Positions 27,007-36,907 of a DNA stretch of 64,000 bases are shown here, in pieces. The notes below the pieces were generated by a model that saw nothing but the letters and a program-made list of their open reading frames with translations, ran no database searches and was not told the origin of the DNA. Where the stretch lies: positions 160,001 to 224,000 of the forward strand of contig CAZQNA010000001.1 in the NCBI GenBank assembly GCA_964594835.1. Direction: 5' to 3'. This DNA comes from an uncultured Nitrososphaerota archaeon. GTDB lineage: Archaea; Korarchaeota; Korarchaeia; Korarchaeales; Korarchaeaceae. A program made the position numbers and the translations under genes. The first letter of the stretch is position 1; every line of letters begins with the position of its first letter.

Positions 27007-28326
27007 TTGGATCCTAAGATGGCTTACGAGAGGATATTCTCCCTCCTGGAGGAGCATCACGCCTGGTTTGACTCCTCGATCCCCCTCATAGCCAGCGAGA
27101 ACGTGACCAGCTACGCGGTGCGGGAGGCGCTGCTGTCGGACTTCGGCCACAGATACGCCGAGGGCTGGGTGGGCGAGCGCGTCTACGCCGGCTGCAGGTA
27201 CATCGACCAGGTGGAGCAGCTGGCCATGGACCTGATGAAGGACATCTTCAGGGTCAGACACGCGGACGTCAGGCCGATCAGCGGCGTCATGGCGAACCTT
27301 GCCGTGTACACCGCCTTCACCCAGCCGGGAGACGTTATGATGGCCCTCCCCATCACGAAGGGCGGCCACATAAGCATGGGCCCGCTATACGGGAAGAAGG
27401 GGACAAGGATAGGCGGGACCGCAGGGGCGGTCCACGGCCTGAGGGTGGAGTACATCGCGTTCAACGACGAGGAGTTCAACATCGACGTCGACAGGACCAT
27501 CAAGAGGGTCGAGAAGTACAAGCCCAAGCTGGTCATGTTCGGCGCCTCCGAGATCCTGTTCCCGCAGCCCGTTCGGGAGATAGCGGAGGTGGCCCACTCC
27601 CTCGGGGCCCACGTGAACTACGACGCCGCCCACGTGGCCGGCCTCATCGGTGCCGGGAGGTTCCAGGACCCCATCCGGGAGGGCGCCGACACCATGACCA
27701 TGAGCACCCACAAGACGCTGCCTGGGCCCCAGCACGGGGCCGTGGTGACCAACGACGACGAGAAGTTCGAGCTGATCAAGCAGGCCTGCTTCCCCGGCCT
27801 GCTCAGCAACCACCACCTGAACGCCGTCGCCGCCCTTGCCGTGGCGCTGGCGGAGCTGAAGGCCTTCGGGGAGGCCTACGTGGATCAGATCCTCAGGAAC
27901 GCCAAGGCCCTGGCCCAGGCCCTCTACGACCAGGGATTCAAGGTGCTGGGCGAGAAGAGGGGCTTCACCGAGAGCCACCAGGTGATGGTGGAGGTCGCAG
28001 ACCTGGGAGGCGGGATGTGGGCCGAGAAGACGCTGGAGGAGGCGAACATCATCGTCAACCGGAACCTCCTGCCCTGGGACATCAAGATGGGCAGGAGCTT
28101 CATAGACCCCGGCGGAATCCGCCTGGGGACGTCGGAGGTCACGAGGCTCGGGATGAAGGAGGGTGACATGGAGGAGATAGCCAAGTTCTTCAAGAGGGCC
28201 CTGATAGACAAGGAAGATCCCAAGAAGGTCGCCAAGGACGTGGCGGAGTTCAGGAGGAACTTCAGGCACATACACTACGCCTTTGAGAGCGCGAAGGAGG
28301 CCTACGCCTACATCAGGCTGAGGTGA
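27007..28326 (+). CDS. glyA: Serine hydroxymethyltransferase
   Basis: LIASEN, RYAEG, GGHISM, DAAH, STHKTLPGPQ and GIRLGT motifs. TTG 27007 or ATG 27019. Confidence 0.96.
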   Translation: MDPKMAYERIFSLLEEHHAWFDSSIPLIASENVTSYAVREALLSDFGHRYAEGWVGERVYAGCRYIDQVEQLAMDLMKDIFRVRHADVRPISGVMANLAVYTAFTQPGDVMMALPITKGGHISMGPLYGKKGTRIGGTAGAVHGLRVEYIAFNDEEFNIDVDRTIKRVEKYKPKLVMFGASEILFPQPVREIAEVAHSLGAHVNYDAAHVAGLIGAGRFQDPIREGADTMTMSTHKTLPGPQHGAVVTNDDEKFELIKQACFPGLLSNHHLNAVAALAVALAELKAFGEAYVDQILRNAKALAQALYDQGFKVLGEKRGFTESHQVMVEVADLGGGMWAEKTLEEANIIVNRNLLPWDIKMGRSFIDPGGIRLGTSEVTRLGMKEGDMEEIAKFFKRALIDKEDPKKVAKDVAEFRRNFRHIHYAFESAKEAYAYIRLR

Positions 28327-28344
28327 GGGCTCGGCCGGTCTTCG

Positions 28345-28545
28345 CTATCCCTCCCTCTCCTCTTTCTTCGCCCCATCGTCCCCGACCTCCACCTCTATCT
28401 CCCCGTATATCTGCCCCCTGTACCCACAGTCCGGGCACACCCAGATCTCAGGCGTGAGCCATCCCGAGAGGGGGGACTCCTTCCTCAACTTCGTGCTGCC
28501 ACAGATGGGGCAAACCCTAACCCTCTGCGTCTTTCGCTTGCCCAT
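28345..28545 (-). CDS. Small CPxCG zinc-ribbon protein
   Basis: CPICGS...WVCPDCGY. Confidence 0.8.
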   Translation of the reverse strand: MGKRKTQRVRVCPICGSTKLRKESPLSGWLTPEIWVCPDCGYRGQIYGEIEVEVGDDGAKKEEREG

Positions 28546-28551
28546 CTATCG

Positions 28552-29334
28552 TCACCACAGCGGCGGACCCCTCTTCTCCTTCGTTGGCTCGAATCGAGGC
28601 AGCCTCGGAGATATGGGCAGTGGAACCTCCTTGACGCCCTCGGGCAGGGTCACCACGAGGTAGGTCTCCGTTCCAAACCTTATCCCGCCGAAGTCGGCGG
28701 AGAAGGTGTAGGGGTAGAAGAAGAACAGGTCCTTGGGGACGGTGGGGTCGTGCGGCAGCTCGACCCTGATCGCCGTCTCCCCGGCGAGCGTGCCGGAGTC
28801 GCCCGGGGCGAGGGTCCAGGTGTACTCCCTCCTCTCGCCGTCCACCTCGAGCCACTCCTTCACCACCAGCTCGGCCGTCACGTCCTCGGGGGCCACGCCC
28901 TCGACCTTGATTCTGCCGAGGAGTTCGTCGTCGGGGTGGAACCTCCGACTGTTCAGGATCAGCCAGCCCAGGTCAGCCTCTACCTCATCCGGAATCGGGG
29001 GGAGGACCTTTATCCGCAGGGTCGACCTCGGGAACAGGATCTTCCCACCCAGCCGGGGGACCCCAAAGGTTATCGACCACCTCACCTTGTGCGCCCTTGT
29101 GGAGATGGTGGGCGGAAGCCCTTCTGGGTAGCGTATCTCGAACCTCCCGGGCTCGAGCCAGAAGGACTCCTTGTAGAGCAGCCTCGCGCTGGGGATCGCC
29201 TCCCCCCTCGTCAGGAGGGTCGACGCCATCCACACCGAAAACACGGCGTAGACCCTGTCGCCTTCGACCACCCCGGTTATGGGCTCGCCCAGTCTGATGA
29301 CGCTCCTCTCCACCCTAACGCTGGCCCGCGGCAT
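28552..29334 (-). CDS. Arrestin/Spo0M-fold two-domain protein
   Basis: IRLGEPITGVV...RYPEGLPPTIST..KVRWSI, repeated as RFHPDDELLGRI...ELPHDP..PYTF... Confidence 0.55.
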   Translation of the reverse strand: MPRASVRVERSVIRLGEPITGVVEGDRVYAVFSVWMASTLLTRGEAIPSARLLYKESFWLEPGRFEIRYPEGLPPTISTRAHKVRWSITFGVPRLGGKILFPRSTLRIKVLPPIPDEVEADLGWLILNSRRFHPDDELLGRIKVEGVAPEDVTAELVVKEWLEVDGERREYTWTLAPGDSGTLAGETAIRVELPHDPTVPKDLFFFYPYTFSADFGGIRFGTETYLVVTLPEGVKEVPLPISPRLPRFEPTKEKRGPPLW

Positions 29335-29992
29335 CCAGCAGCACCTCCACCACGTACGTGTCCCTCAGGATGTTGGGCTTCTTGATCACGCGGATCCCCT
29401 CGTAGTCCGTCTTGAAGAGATGGAGCTTGTGCTTCTTGGGATTGAGATCGTGCTCCTTGATAACCTGGGCCAGCTTCCTGATCAGGCGGTTCACGGTCTC
29501 CCGGAGGATCTTGTCGCGACCGGGCCTCTTGGCGAACTCCTGGATGTAGAACTCCTCGAGCTTGACGAGGCTGTACCACCTCAGGAAGAAGACGACGTAG
29601 AGTATGCCGGTTGAGGTGTAAAGGAGCCAGGGGGCCCAGTCCTTTCCGAGCGTCACCACGATCAGGCTGACCATGAATCCGAGCAGGGCGATCCTGAGGA
29701 GGAACCTGACCACCAGGAACACGGCCGACCATTTTCTGGCTACTGGGTCAATAGCGGGAAGATTGATCACGTAATCCGCGGTCTTCTCAAACTTCTTCCT
29801 CAAACCCCCCGCGAAGACGTCGGTCAACTCCTTTGCCCGGCGGTCCATAACGTCTCTTATCCTGCGTAGGTCAGTATTTCGGCCAACTCTATAACCGTCT
29901 GCCGCCTCTATTAGCAAAGCAATGTCCTCAGCAAGCTCCTTGTGCGGTTTCTTTGCACGCAGCTTCAACCCATCACCACCGCTCTCCAGCAC
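29315..29992 (-). CDS. Hypothetical protein with two TM helices
   Basis: Lys/Arg-rich soluble ends around two hydrophobic segments. Overlaps the next gene. Confidence 0.7.
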   Translation of the reverse strand: MLESGGDGLKLRAKKPHKELAEDIALLIEAADGYRVGRNTDLRRIRDVMDRRAKELTDVFAGGLRKKFEKTADYVINLPAIDPVARKWSAVFLVVRFLLRIALLGFMVSLIVVTLGKDWAPWLLYTSTGILYVVFFLRWYSLVKLEEFYIQEFAKRPGRDKILRETVNRLIRKLAQVIKEHDLNPKKHKLHLFKTDYEGIRVIKKPNILRDTYVVEVLLDAAGQR

Positions 29993-30134
29993 CCGTCAGC
30001 GGCTCACTAAAACGTTTCATGGAGGCTGGGCGGGTCATCTTGTCGAAAGAGTTTTAATATAGACTTTCGTTGAGGGATTCAGCCGTATCTTACGGCATAA
30101 GTCGAACATAGGGGTTGTAGGGGGGTGTATTGCG

Positions 30135-31841
30135 ATGTCTGAGACCCCGACCCTGTTCGTAAGGAGGGCTTCAGGGCTGGTCAGGACAGTGGGTCCCTTC
30201 ACGGCCTTCATGATAGTCTTCACGCACACCGTCGGCGGAGGCATCCACAAGCTGGCGATCATCGCGGCCTACGCTCACCCCGACGCCTTCGTGCCCTTCT
30301 CGTTCCTGGTTACGGGCATCCTCGCCATGATCCCGACCGCCCTCGTCTACACCATGCTGGGCTCCATGATGCCCAGGACCGGCGGCGACTACATCTTCAT
30401 CACCAGGGGTCTGAGCCCCGCCCTGGGCTTCCTAGCCTCCTGGGGATTCTGGTTCACTGAGGTGCTGAGCTACGGAATTATAGCGTGGTACAGCATCGAC
30501 TTCTTCGTCAGCGCCGCCACGGCGGCCGGTATCGCCCTGAAGAGCGAGGCCTGGCTCGCGAGGGCCCAGTGGATGGCCAGCACCGAGGGACACTGGGTGC
30601 TGGGCCTGCTGTTCGTCATAGTGTTCGGAGCCATAGCCCTCTTCGGAATGAAGATCTACGGCTGGATCATCAACGTCCTGGGAGTCATCGCGATCATAGG
30701 TTGTCTCAGCAACCTGCTCATCCTCGGCGCCTGGGGCGGCAACACCGTCGCTGGGTGGAACTCCATCTACGGCTCTGGGGCCTATGAGAAGATAGTCGAA
30801 GAGGCCTTCAGGCTCGGCATTCAGAACGGAGACCTGCCCGTCGCCGCATTCACCTGGGGCGGCACGATGAAGGCCAGCATAGGCGCCATCTGGGCCTACA
30901 TCGGCATCGTGTCCGCCGTGTTCGTCGGCGGTGAGCTGAAGTCCCCGGCCCTGTCCCTGCTCGTGGCTCAGGTTGTCGGCACCCTCATCATCATGGCCTA
31001 CTACATCGCCCTGCCGTTCCTCGTCTACGGCGCCTGGAGGGTGCCTGAGTCCGTAATCCCGGCCGACGGCCTCGCCTACCTCAGGGCCAACGGCATACCC
31101 ACCGATAGGGTGTACTTCACCGCGCTCTACGCGTACCTGATGGACAAGCTGGGAGCCGACGGGGTGGCTCAGCTGCTCGGCGTGCCGTCCAGCTGGCTGC
31201 TGCCCCACAAGGTCATCACCAGCTTCACAATCCCGCTCGTCCCGAAGGGCATGGAGTGGCTCCAGGTGCTCAACGGCACCATAGTCGGCATCATCCTGCT
31301 GAAGGACATCCCGGCGTTCTTCGTCGTCGCCAGCAGGATGGTCTTCGCCTGGGCGTTCGACAGGTTCTTCCCGGAGGTCTTCGCCTCGGTCAACGAGAGG
31401 TTCCACAGCCCGCACTGGGCCATCATCCTCACGATGATAGGAGGCATCGTGGGCGTCTGGCTCACCGCCCAGGGTGACTGGGCCGCCGCCGCGGACACGA
31501 CCAACCTGTACCAGTTCGCCGTCATGATGGCCTCGTTGGCAGCCGCGGTCCTGCCGTTCCTCAGGTCTGACCTCTACGAGAAGGCTCCGTACAAGTGGGA
31601 GATCGGCGGGATCCCGATCCTCAGCATCATAGGCGCCTACGCGTTCGCTGTGAACTTCTTCTTCTTCTTCGTCGCCACCCACGAGATCTTCTACTACTTC
31701 GGCGGCTTCAGGCTGATGATCGCTCTGCACCAGGCCTTCTGGATGGGTCTCGGCGCCTTCATCTTCATGGGCTTCCTGGCGTACAACCAGAGGCGTGGAA
31801 TCGACGTGAGAACCATCTACACCGAGATCCCGCCCGCCTGA
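30135..31841 (+). CDS. APC-family amino acid/polyamine permease
   Basis: LFVRRASGLVR, MPRTGGDY, AWAFDRFFP and IYTEIPPA C-terminus, more than 12 hydrophobic segments. Confidence 0.9.
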   Translation: MSETPTLFVRRASGLVRTVGPFTAFMIVFTHTVGGGIHKLAIIAAYAHPDAFVPFSFLVTGILAMIPTALVYTMLGSMMPRTGGDYIFITRGLSPALGFLASWGFWFTEVLSYGIIAWYSIDFFVSAATAAGIALKSEAWLARAQWMASTEGHWVLGLLFVIVFGAIALFGMKIYGWIINVLGVIAIIGCLSNLLILGAWGGNTVAGWNSIYGSGAYEKIVEEAFRLGIQNGDLPVAAFTWGGTMKASIGAIWAYIGIVSAVFVGGELKSPALSLLVAQVVGTLIIMAYYIALPFLVYGAWRVPESVIPADGLAYLRANGIPTDRVYFTALYAYLMDKLGADGVAQLLGVPSSWLLPHKVITSFTIPLVPKGMEWLQVLNGTIVGIILLKDIPAFFVVASRMVFAWAFDRFFPEVFASVNERFHSPHWAIILTMIGGIVGVWLTAQGDWAAAADTTNLYQFAVMMASLAAAVLPFLRSDLYEKAPYKWEIGGIPILSIIGAYAFAVNFFFFFVATHEIFYYFGGFRLMIALHQAFWMGLGAFIFMGFLAYNQRRGIDVRTIYTEIPPA

Positions 31842-31855
31842 GGGATCTCCCCCCT

Positions 31856-31870
31856 CCTTTTTCCCTTTTT
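31856..31870 (+). terminator. Oligo-T tract after permease
   Basis: CCTTTTTCCCTTTTT about 15 nt after the stop. Confidence 0.55.
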
Positions 31871-31987
31871 GGCTGCTTTCATCCCCTGGAGTGTCTTGTC
31901 TGACATCCGAATTGCCCCCTCACACACTTCAACCTTTATTTGGGTCGGAGTTGGTTTAGCGGCCCCGACGATAGGGAGAGGTGGGTT

Positions 31988-32962
31988 GTGTTGGAGAGTT
32001 TCAGGATATTCTTCTCGGCGGACACCCACGGGAACACCGTGGTGTGGAGGAAGTGGCTCAGCGCCGTCCAGGTGTACAAGGCTGACGTCCTGATCTTCGC
32101 GGGAGACCTGACCGGCAAGGCCATAGTCCCGGTGTACGACTACGGGGACCACTATGAGACTGAGGTGCTGGGCCAGAAGAGGAAGGCCAAGGGCAAGGAG
32201 GAGCTCCAGAAGCTCCTGGACTTCATCGAGGGGCTGAGCTACTACTACATCGTTGCGACGCCCGAGGAGATCCAAGAGATAGCGGCGGACCCCAAGAAGC
32301 AGGCCGAGCTCTTTGAGAGGCTGATGAAGGAGAGGATGAAGAAGTGGCTGGACCTCATCATCGAGAAGCTGAACCTGAACGAGGTCCTCCCCATAGTGAT
32401 GCCTGGGAACGACGACGAGCAGTACATCGACGAGGTCATCAAGTCCTACGAGGACAGGGGCATCGTCTACCCCCTCGACAAGGTGGTGGAGGTCCCCCTG
32501 GGGTACGCGATTGTAAGCCACGAGTACGTGAACCCGACCCCCTGGAACACTCCGAGGGAGGCCCCCGAGCCCAAGCTGAAGAAGATGCTCGATCAGAAGA
32601 TCAAGTGGGCGATGGACAAGGGCTACACCGACTTCGACAAGATCATCTTCAACTTCCACTGCCCGCCTTGGAACACGAAGCTCGACCTGGCGCCCAAGCT
32701 GACCAAGGACCTCAAGCCCGTCTACATCGGCGGAAAGCCCGTGCTGGTTCACGTGGGCTCGAAGGCCGTCAGGGAGGTCATAGAGAAGTATCAGCCCATC
32801 CTGGGACTTCACGGCCACATCCACGAGAGCTACGCCAGCGACAAGATCGGCAGGACGGTTGTGCTCAACCCCGGCAGCGAGTACAGCGAGGGCATCCTCA
32901 GGGGCTTCGTCGTGGAGCTCACGGAGGAGGGCCTCAAGAACTGGTGGAAGATCGAGGGCTGA
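31988..32962 (+). CDS. Icc-related metallophosphoesterase
   Basis: ADTHG, GDLTGK, PGNDD, HCPP, HGHIHES and NPGS motifs. Start 31988 or 31991. Confidence 0.88.
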   Translation: MLESFRIFFSADTHGNTVVWRKWLSAVQVYKADVLIFAGDLTGKAIVPVYDYGDHYETEVLGQKRKAKGKEELQKLLDFIEGLSYYYIVATPEEIQEIAADPKKQAELFERLMKERMKKWLDLIIEKLNLNEVLPIVMPGNDDEQYIDEVIKSYEDRGIVYPLDKVVEVPLGYAIVSHEYVNPTPWNTPREAPEPKLKKMLDQKIKWAMDKGYTDFDKIIFNFHCPPWNTKLDLAPKLTKDLKPVYIGGKPVLVHVGSKAVREVIEKYQPILGLHGHIHESYASDKIGRTVVLNPGSEYSEGILRGFVVELTEEGLKNWWKIEG

Positions 32963-32980
32963 GTACCAAGGGGTGCCCGC

Positions 32981-33823
32981 ATGGCTGAGGGTCACGAGAG
33001 GATACACTTCGTCGAGCTTGATCCCGAGAAGTTCGTCCAGGAGTGCGTGGACATTGTGAGGAGGGCCCAGGATAAGGGGATAGTGATCAGGATACTGGGG
33101 GCCATGGCCGTCTACGTCCACACCCAGGACAACCCAAGGGCCCGGGAGATCCACCAGACGAGGTTCGGGGCTGGCGTCCCAATGTTCACCGACCTGGACG
33201 TGATGGCCTACAAGAAGCAGAAGAAGAAGATCAAGGAGTTCTTCGAGAAGGAGCTGAAGTTCCTGCCCGACAAAATGATCAACGCCCTCTTCGGTGACAG
33301 GAGGCTCATCTACTACCACCCCCAGGGGAAGTACCACGTGGACGTGTTCTTCGACAAGCTGGAGTTCAGCCACGACGTTCCCTTCGGGAGCAAGCCCGGT
33401 GAGGGGAGGCTCGAGCTCAGCTTCCCCGCTATCTCTCCGACCGACGTGGTTCTCGAGAAGCTCCAGATCCACGAGATCAATCCAAAGGATTTGGTGGACC
33501 TTATAGTGCTCTTCCTGACCCACGAGATCGCCGAGGAGGAGGGAGACGGCAGGATCAACGCCGGGTACATCGCACGGCTCCTGTCAGAGGACTGGGGCTT
33601 CTGGTACGACGCTGTTAACAACCTGAACTTGGTCAAGAAGTACGCGGATCAGATGGTCGAGGAGGGCAGGCTCAAGGCGGAGGAGCGAGACGTGGTCCAC
33701 CAGAAGGTTGACCTTCTGCTGAAGAGGATCGAAGAGGAGCCGAAGTCCAAGAAGTGGCAGAAGAGGGCGAAGGCCGGGACCAAGAAGAAGTGGTGGAGGG
33801 ACGTTGAGGAGGTCGTGAGATAG
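32981..33823 (+). CDS. Uncharacterised Pol-beta-superfamily nucleotidyltransferase-like protein
   Basis: RILGAMAV, TDLDV (DxD), HVDVF and C-terminal KL...KD..D helices. Confidence 0.65.
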   Translation: MAEGHERIHFVELDPEKFVQECVDIVRRAQDKGIVIRILGAMAVYVHTQDNPRAREIHQTRFGAGVPMFTDLDVMAYKKQKKKIKEFFEKELKFLPDKMINALFGDRRLIYYHPQGKYHVDVFFDKLEFSHDVPFGSKPGEGRLELSFPAISPTDVVLEKLQIHEINPKDLVDLIVLFLTHEIAEEEGDGRINAGYIARLLSEDWGFWYDAVNNLNLVKKYADQMVEEGRLKAEERDVVHQKVDLLLKRIEEEPKSKKWQKRAKAGTKKKWWRDVEEVVR

Positions 33824-33872
33824 ACCTCCTCAACTGCAAACTATTTGAGGGGTCTCCCAGCGGGCGCGGTCG

Positions 33873-35258
33873 ATGCCCGACCTTGAGAGGCTTGTTGAGA
33901 GGGCCGAGTCCCTCGGCGCCGAGTTCGCCGAGGTCAGGTGGCAGAGGGTCGAGAGCACCCGCCTCGTCGTGGTGGATGGCACCCTGAGGGAGCTCAACAC
34001 CGGGGTTCGCGAGGGCTTCGGCATAAGGGCGTTCGTTGGCGGCGCCTGGGGCTTCTCGACCGTCCACGGCGGAGACGAGTCAGCTGCCCTCGGGGCCGTC
34101 GAGGAGGCGGTTAAGCTGGCAAAGGCCGCCTCCAAGCTGAAGTCCGAGAGGTTCAACATCTCGGGAGAGCCCACCACCGGCTCCTGGGAGACCTCGGCGA
34201 GGGTGGACCCCAGAGAGGTAGACGTCTCTCGGAAGATCGAGTTCACGATGGGGATCAACGACTCGGCCAGGGCCGTGGACCAGAGGGTCAAGAACGTGAA
34301 CGTCGCCTACGTCGACACGGTCTCGCGTGAGAGCGTGGCCAACACGATCGGGACGAGGGTGACCCAGGAGGTGATGAGGACCCGGGCCGCCGTCCAGGTG
34401 TTCGCCCACGAGGCCGGGACGACCGAGAGGGCGTTCGAGAGCGTCGGAGGGCTCGGGGGCTTCGAGGTGGTCCAGACGGACAAGGCACTCGGCATGGGCG
34501 AGGAATCCGCCAGGCGCGCCGTGGATCTCCTCTCTGCCAAGTCGGCCCCCGCCGGGCCGTTCCAGGCGATACTCGATCCGAGGCTCGCGGGGGTCTTCAT
34601 ACACGAGGCGTTCGGCCACGCCTGTGAGGCAGACGAGGTCCTGGCCAAGATGAGCATACTAGAGGGGAGGGTCGGGGAGAGGGTCGGGAGGGAGATCGTG
34701 AACGTCGCCGACGATCCGACCCTCCCAGGCCTCTACGGGTCATACGCCTTCGACTCGGAGGGGTCGAGGGCCGTGAAGAAGTACCTCGTCAGGGGGGGCG
34801 TCCTGACCTCCTTCATGCACAACCTCGAGACGGCCAGCCGAATGGGGACGTCGAGCACCGGCAACGGCAGGGCGACGGACTACTCCAGCCCGCCCATCGT
34901 CCGCATGAGCAACACGTTCATCGAGCCGGGGGACTGGACCGTGGACGAGATGTTCTCGGAGGTGAGGGATGGGATATACGCGGTCGGCAGCCTCTACGGG
35001 TACACGGATCCCGCGAAGGGGGAGTTCGTGTTCAAGGCGGAGGGCGGCTGGCGCGTCAAGAACGGGGAGCGCGTCGAGAGGCTCAGGGAGGTCGCCATCA
35101 CGGGGACGATCCTCGAGATACTCCACAACATCTCCGCCGTGGGTAGGAATCTCGAGTACGACCCTGGGCACTGCGGGAAGTTCGGACAGTGGGTGCCCGT
35201 GACGACAGGGTCCCCCCACATCCTGGTTGACCGGGTCGTGTTCGGGGGCATGAGGTGA
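33873..35258 (+). CDS. tldD: TldD metalloprotease
   Basis: FIHEAFGHACEAD, FDSEG, RMSNT and CGKFGQ motifs. Confidence 0.93.
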   Translation: MPDLERLVERAESLGAEFAEVRWQRVESTRLVVVDGTLRELNTGVREGFGIRAFVGGAWGFSTVHGGDESAALGAVEEAVKLAKAASKLKSERFNISGEPTTGSWETSARVDPREVDVSRKIEFTMGINDSARAVDQRVKNVNVAYVDTVSRESVANTIGTRVTQEVMRTRAAVQVFAHEAGTTERAFESVGGLGGFEVVQTDKALGMGEESARRAVDLLSAKSAPAGPFQAILDPRLAGVFIHEAFGHACEADEVLAKMSILEGRVGERVGREIVNVADDPTLPGLYGSYAFDSEGSRAVKKYLVRGGVLTSFMHNLETASRMGTSSTGNGRATDYSSPPIVRMSNTFIEPGDWTVDEMFSEVRDGIYAVGSLYGYTDPAKGEFVFKAEGGWRVKNGERVERLREVAITGTILEILHNISAVGRNLEYDPGHCGKFGQWVPVTTGSPHILVDRVVFGGMR

Positions 35259-36598
35259 TCGGGATGGTCGATCTGCTTGGCCTGGGGGAGGATGCCGTCA
35301 GGAGGGCGACCTCCGCGGGCGCCGAGGAGGCTGAGGCCTTCCTGGTGTCCGGCAGGAGGATCACCGTCGAGGTGGAGAAGGGAGAGGTGAAGACCGCGAG
35401 GTCCGAGGTCGTCTCGGGAGTCGGGGTCAGGTCCGTCGTGGGGGGTAAGGTGGGGTTCGCCTACGCCACCAGCCTGGCCGACGCGCTCGAGGTGGCCGAG
35501 AAGTCGGTCAGGAACGCCGTGGCCAGCAGGCCAGACCCCCACTTCAGGGGTCTCCCGGACCCGGGTCGGCCGACCCGGGTGGAGGGTCTCTTCGACCCAA
35601 GGGTGGCCGAGCTAGACGTCGCTGAGGCCGTGGAGTACACCGGAGAGATGATATCCGCGGCGAGCTCAAAGCGGGGGGTGGTCTCGGTCGGCGGGGCCAT
35701 GAGCGCCTCGGCCCAGGAGGTGGCCGTGGTCAGCAGCCGCGGCGTGGGCGTGTCGGAGAGGAGGACCTCCACGTCCCTCTACGCGTTCGTCGCGGCGAGG
35801 GACGGAGACAGGAGCAGCTCTGGCTTTGAGGTCAACTCCGGCCGGTTCCTGAGGGAGATCAACCCCACCTGGGTGGGGTCTCAGGCCGGAGAGCTGGCGT
35901 CCGCCCTCCTCGACGCCGTCAGGGTCGAGACGGGCACCTACCCGATGGTGCTGGACCCCCTCACCATGGGGCCCTTCATCGGCTTCGTCGTCTCGTCGGC
36001 CGCGAACGGCGAGAACGTGGTCTACGGCAGGAGCTTTCTCACGGGGAAGCTCGGCCAGAGGATAGCCTCCGAGGCCGTGACGCTGCTGGACGACGGGACG
36101 CTCGCCGGGGGAGAGGCCAGCGCCAGCTTCGACGGCGAGGGGGTCCCCACAAGGAGGACGCCGGTGGTTGAGGGGGGAGTCCTGACCAACTACATCCACA
36201 ACTCTTACACGGCCGGGAGGATGGGGGCAGAGTCCACCGGAAACGCGACAAGGTCATTCGACTCGCTCCCCGGCGTGGGATCGCACAACGTCGTCCTCGA
36301 GGCCCCGAAACTTGAGGTCTCGGAGGAGGACCTGTTGGACGTGAGGAGGGGGATACTGCTGAAGCTGACCGAGGACAGGCCCAACCTGGCCAACGGGGAA
36401 TTCAGCGGTATGGTGTACATGGGGTTCCTGATCGAGGACGGCGAGGTTAAGACTGGAGTCAAGGAGGCCAGCTTTGGGATACGCCTCGTGGACCTGATGA
36501 AGGGGATAGAGGCCGTGGGCAGGGAGAAGAGGTCCGTGATGGGCGTGATCTCTCCGCTGGTGAGGGTGGCGTCGGTGAGGGTCGCTGGGCCCTCCTGA
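35255..36598 (+). CDS. pmbA: TldE/PmbA
   Basis: FDGEG and STGNA motifs, no HExxH, coupled to tldD. Confidence 0.9.
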   Translation: MIGMVDLLGLGEDAVRRATSAGAEEAEAFLVSGRRITVEVEKGEVKTARSEVVSGVGVRSVVGGKVGFAYATSLADALEVAEKSVRNAVASRPDPHFRGLPDPGRPTRVEGLFDPRVAELDVAEAVEYTGEMISAASSKRGVVSVGGAMSASAQEVAVVSSRGVGVSERRTSTSLYAFVAARDGDRSSSGFEVNSGRFLREINPTWVGSQAGELASALLDAVRVETGTYPMVLDPLTMGPFIGFVVSSAANGENVVYGRSFLTGKLGQRIASEAVTLLDDGTLAGGEASASFDGEGVPTRRTPVVEGGVLTNYIHNSYTAGRMGAESTGNATRSFDSLPGVGSHNVVLEAPKLEVSEEDLLDVRRGILLKLTEDRPNLANGEFSGMVYMGFLIEDGEVKTGVKEASFGIRLVDLMKGIEAVGREKRSVMGVISPLVRVASVRVAGPS

Positions 36599-36661
36599 CC
36601 GCCCCCTCATATAACCTCCGTTGAGTTTTAATCTGGCTGGTGGATAACACCGTGATAGGAT

Positions 36662-36895
36662 ATGTTGCTGGAGTCCCACATTCGGATGCTTAGAGAGGTC
36701 GCGGAGGCGGGAGACGAGGGTGTGCCAGCCAGCGAGCTGATCCCCAAGAGGGAGTACAGGGACTTCGTCCTGAAGTTCCTCTCCCGCAAGGGGTACATTA
36801 GGGTGAAGAGGCAGGGAGCCGGCGGGAGGGTCTACATAACCCCCAAGGGCCTGAGGCTCATAAGGGCCCGGGCGAGATCGGAGAAGAGGGCCTGA
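36662..36895 (+). CDS. Small winged-helix protein
   Basis: LKFLSRKGYI...VYITPKGLRLI wing motif with TTTAAT upstream. Confidence 0.7.
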   Translation: MLLESHIRMLREVAEAGDEGVPASELIPKREYRDFVLKFLSRKGYIRVKRQGAGGRVYITPKGLRLIRARARSEKRA

Positions 36896-36907
36896 GGACG
36901 GGCTGGA

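Noticed and set aside
25181-36598. A RiPP cluster made of the radical SAM enzyme, TldD/PmbA and PqqD
   Set aside because: The genes are dispersed over more than 30 kb, the radical SAM enzymes are AmrS- and MoaA-type, and no precursor peptide was identified.
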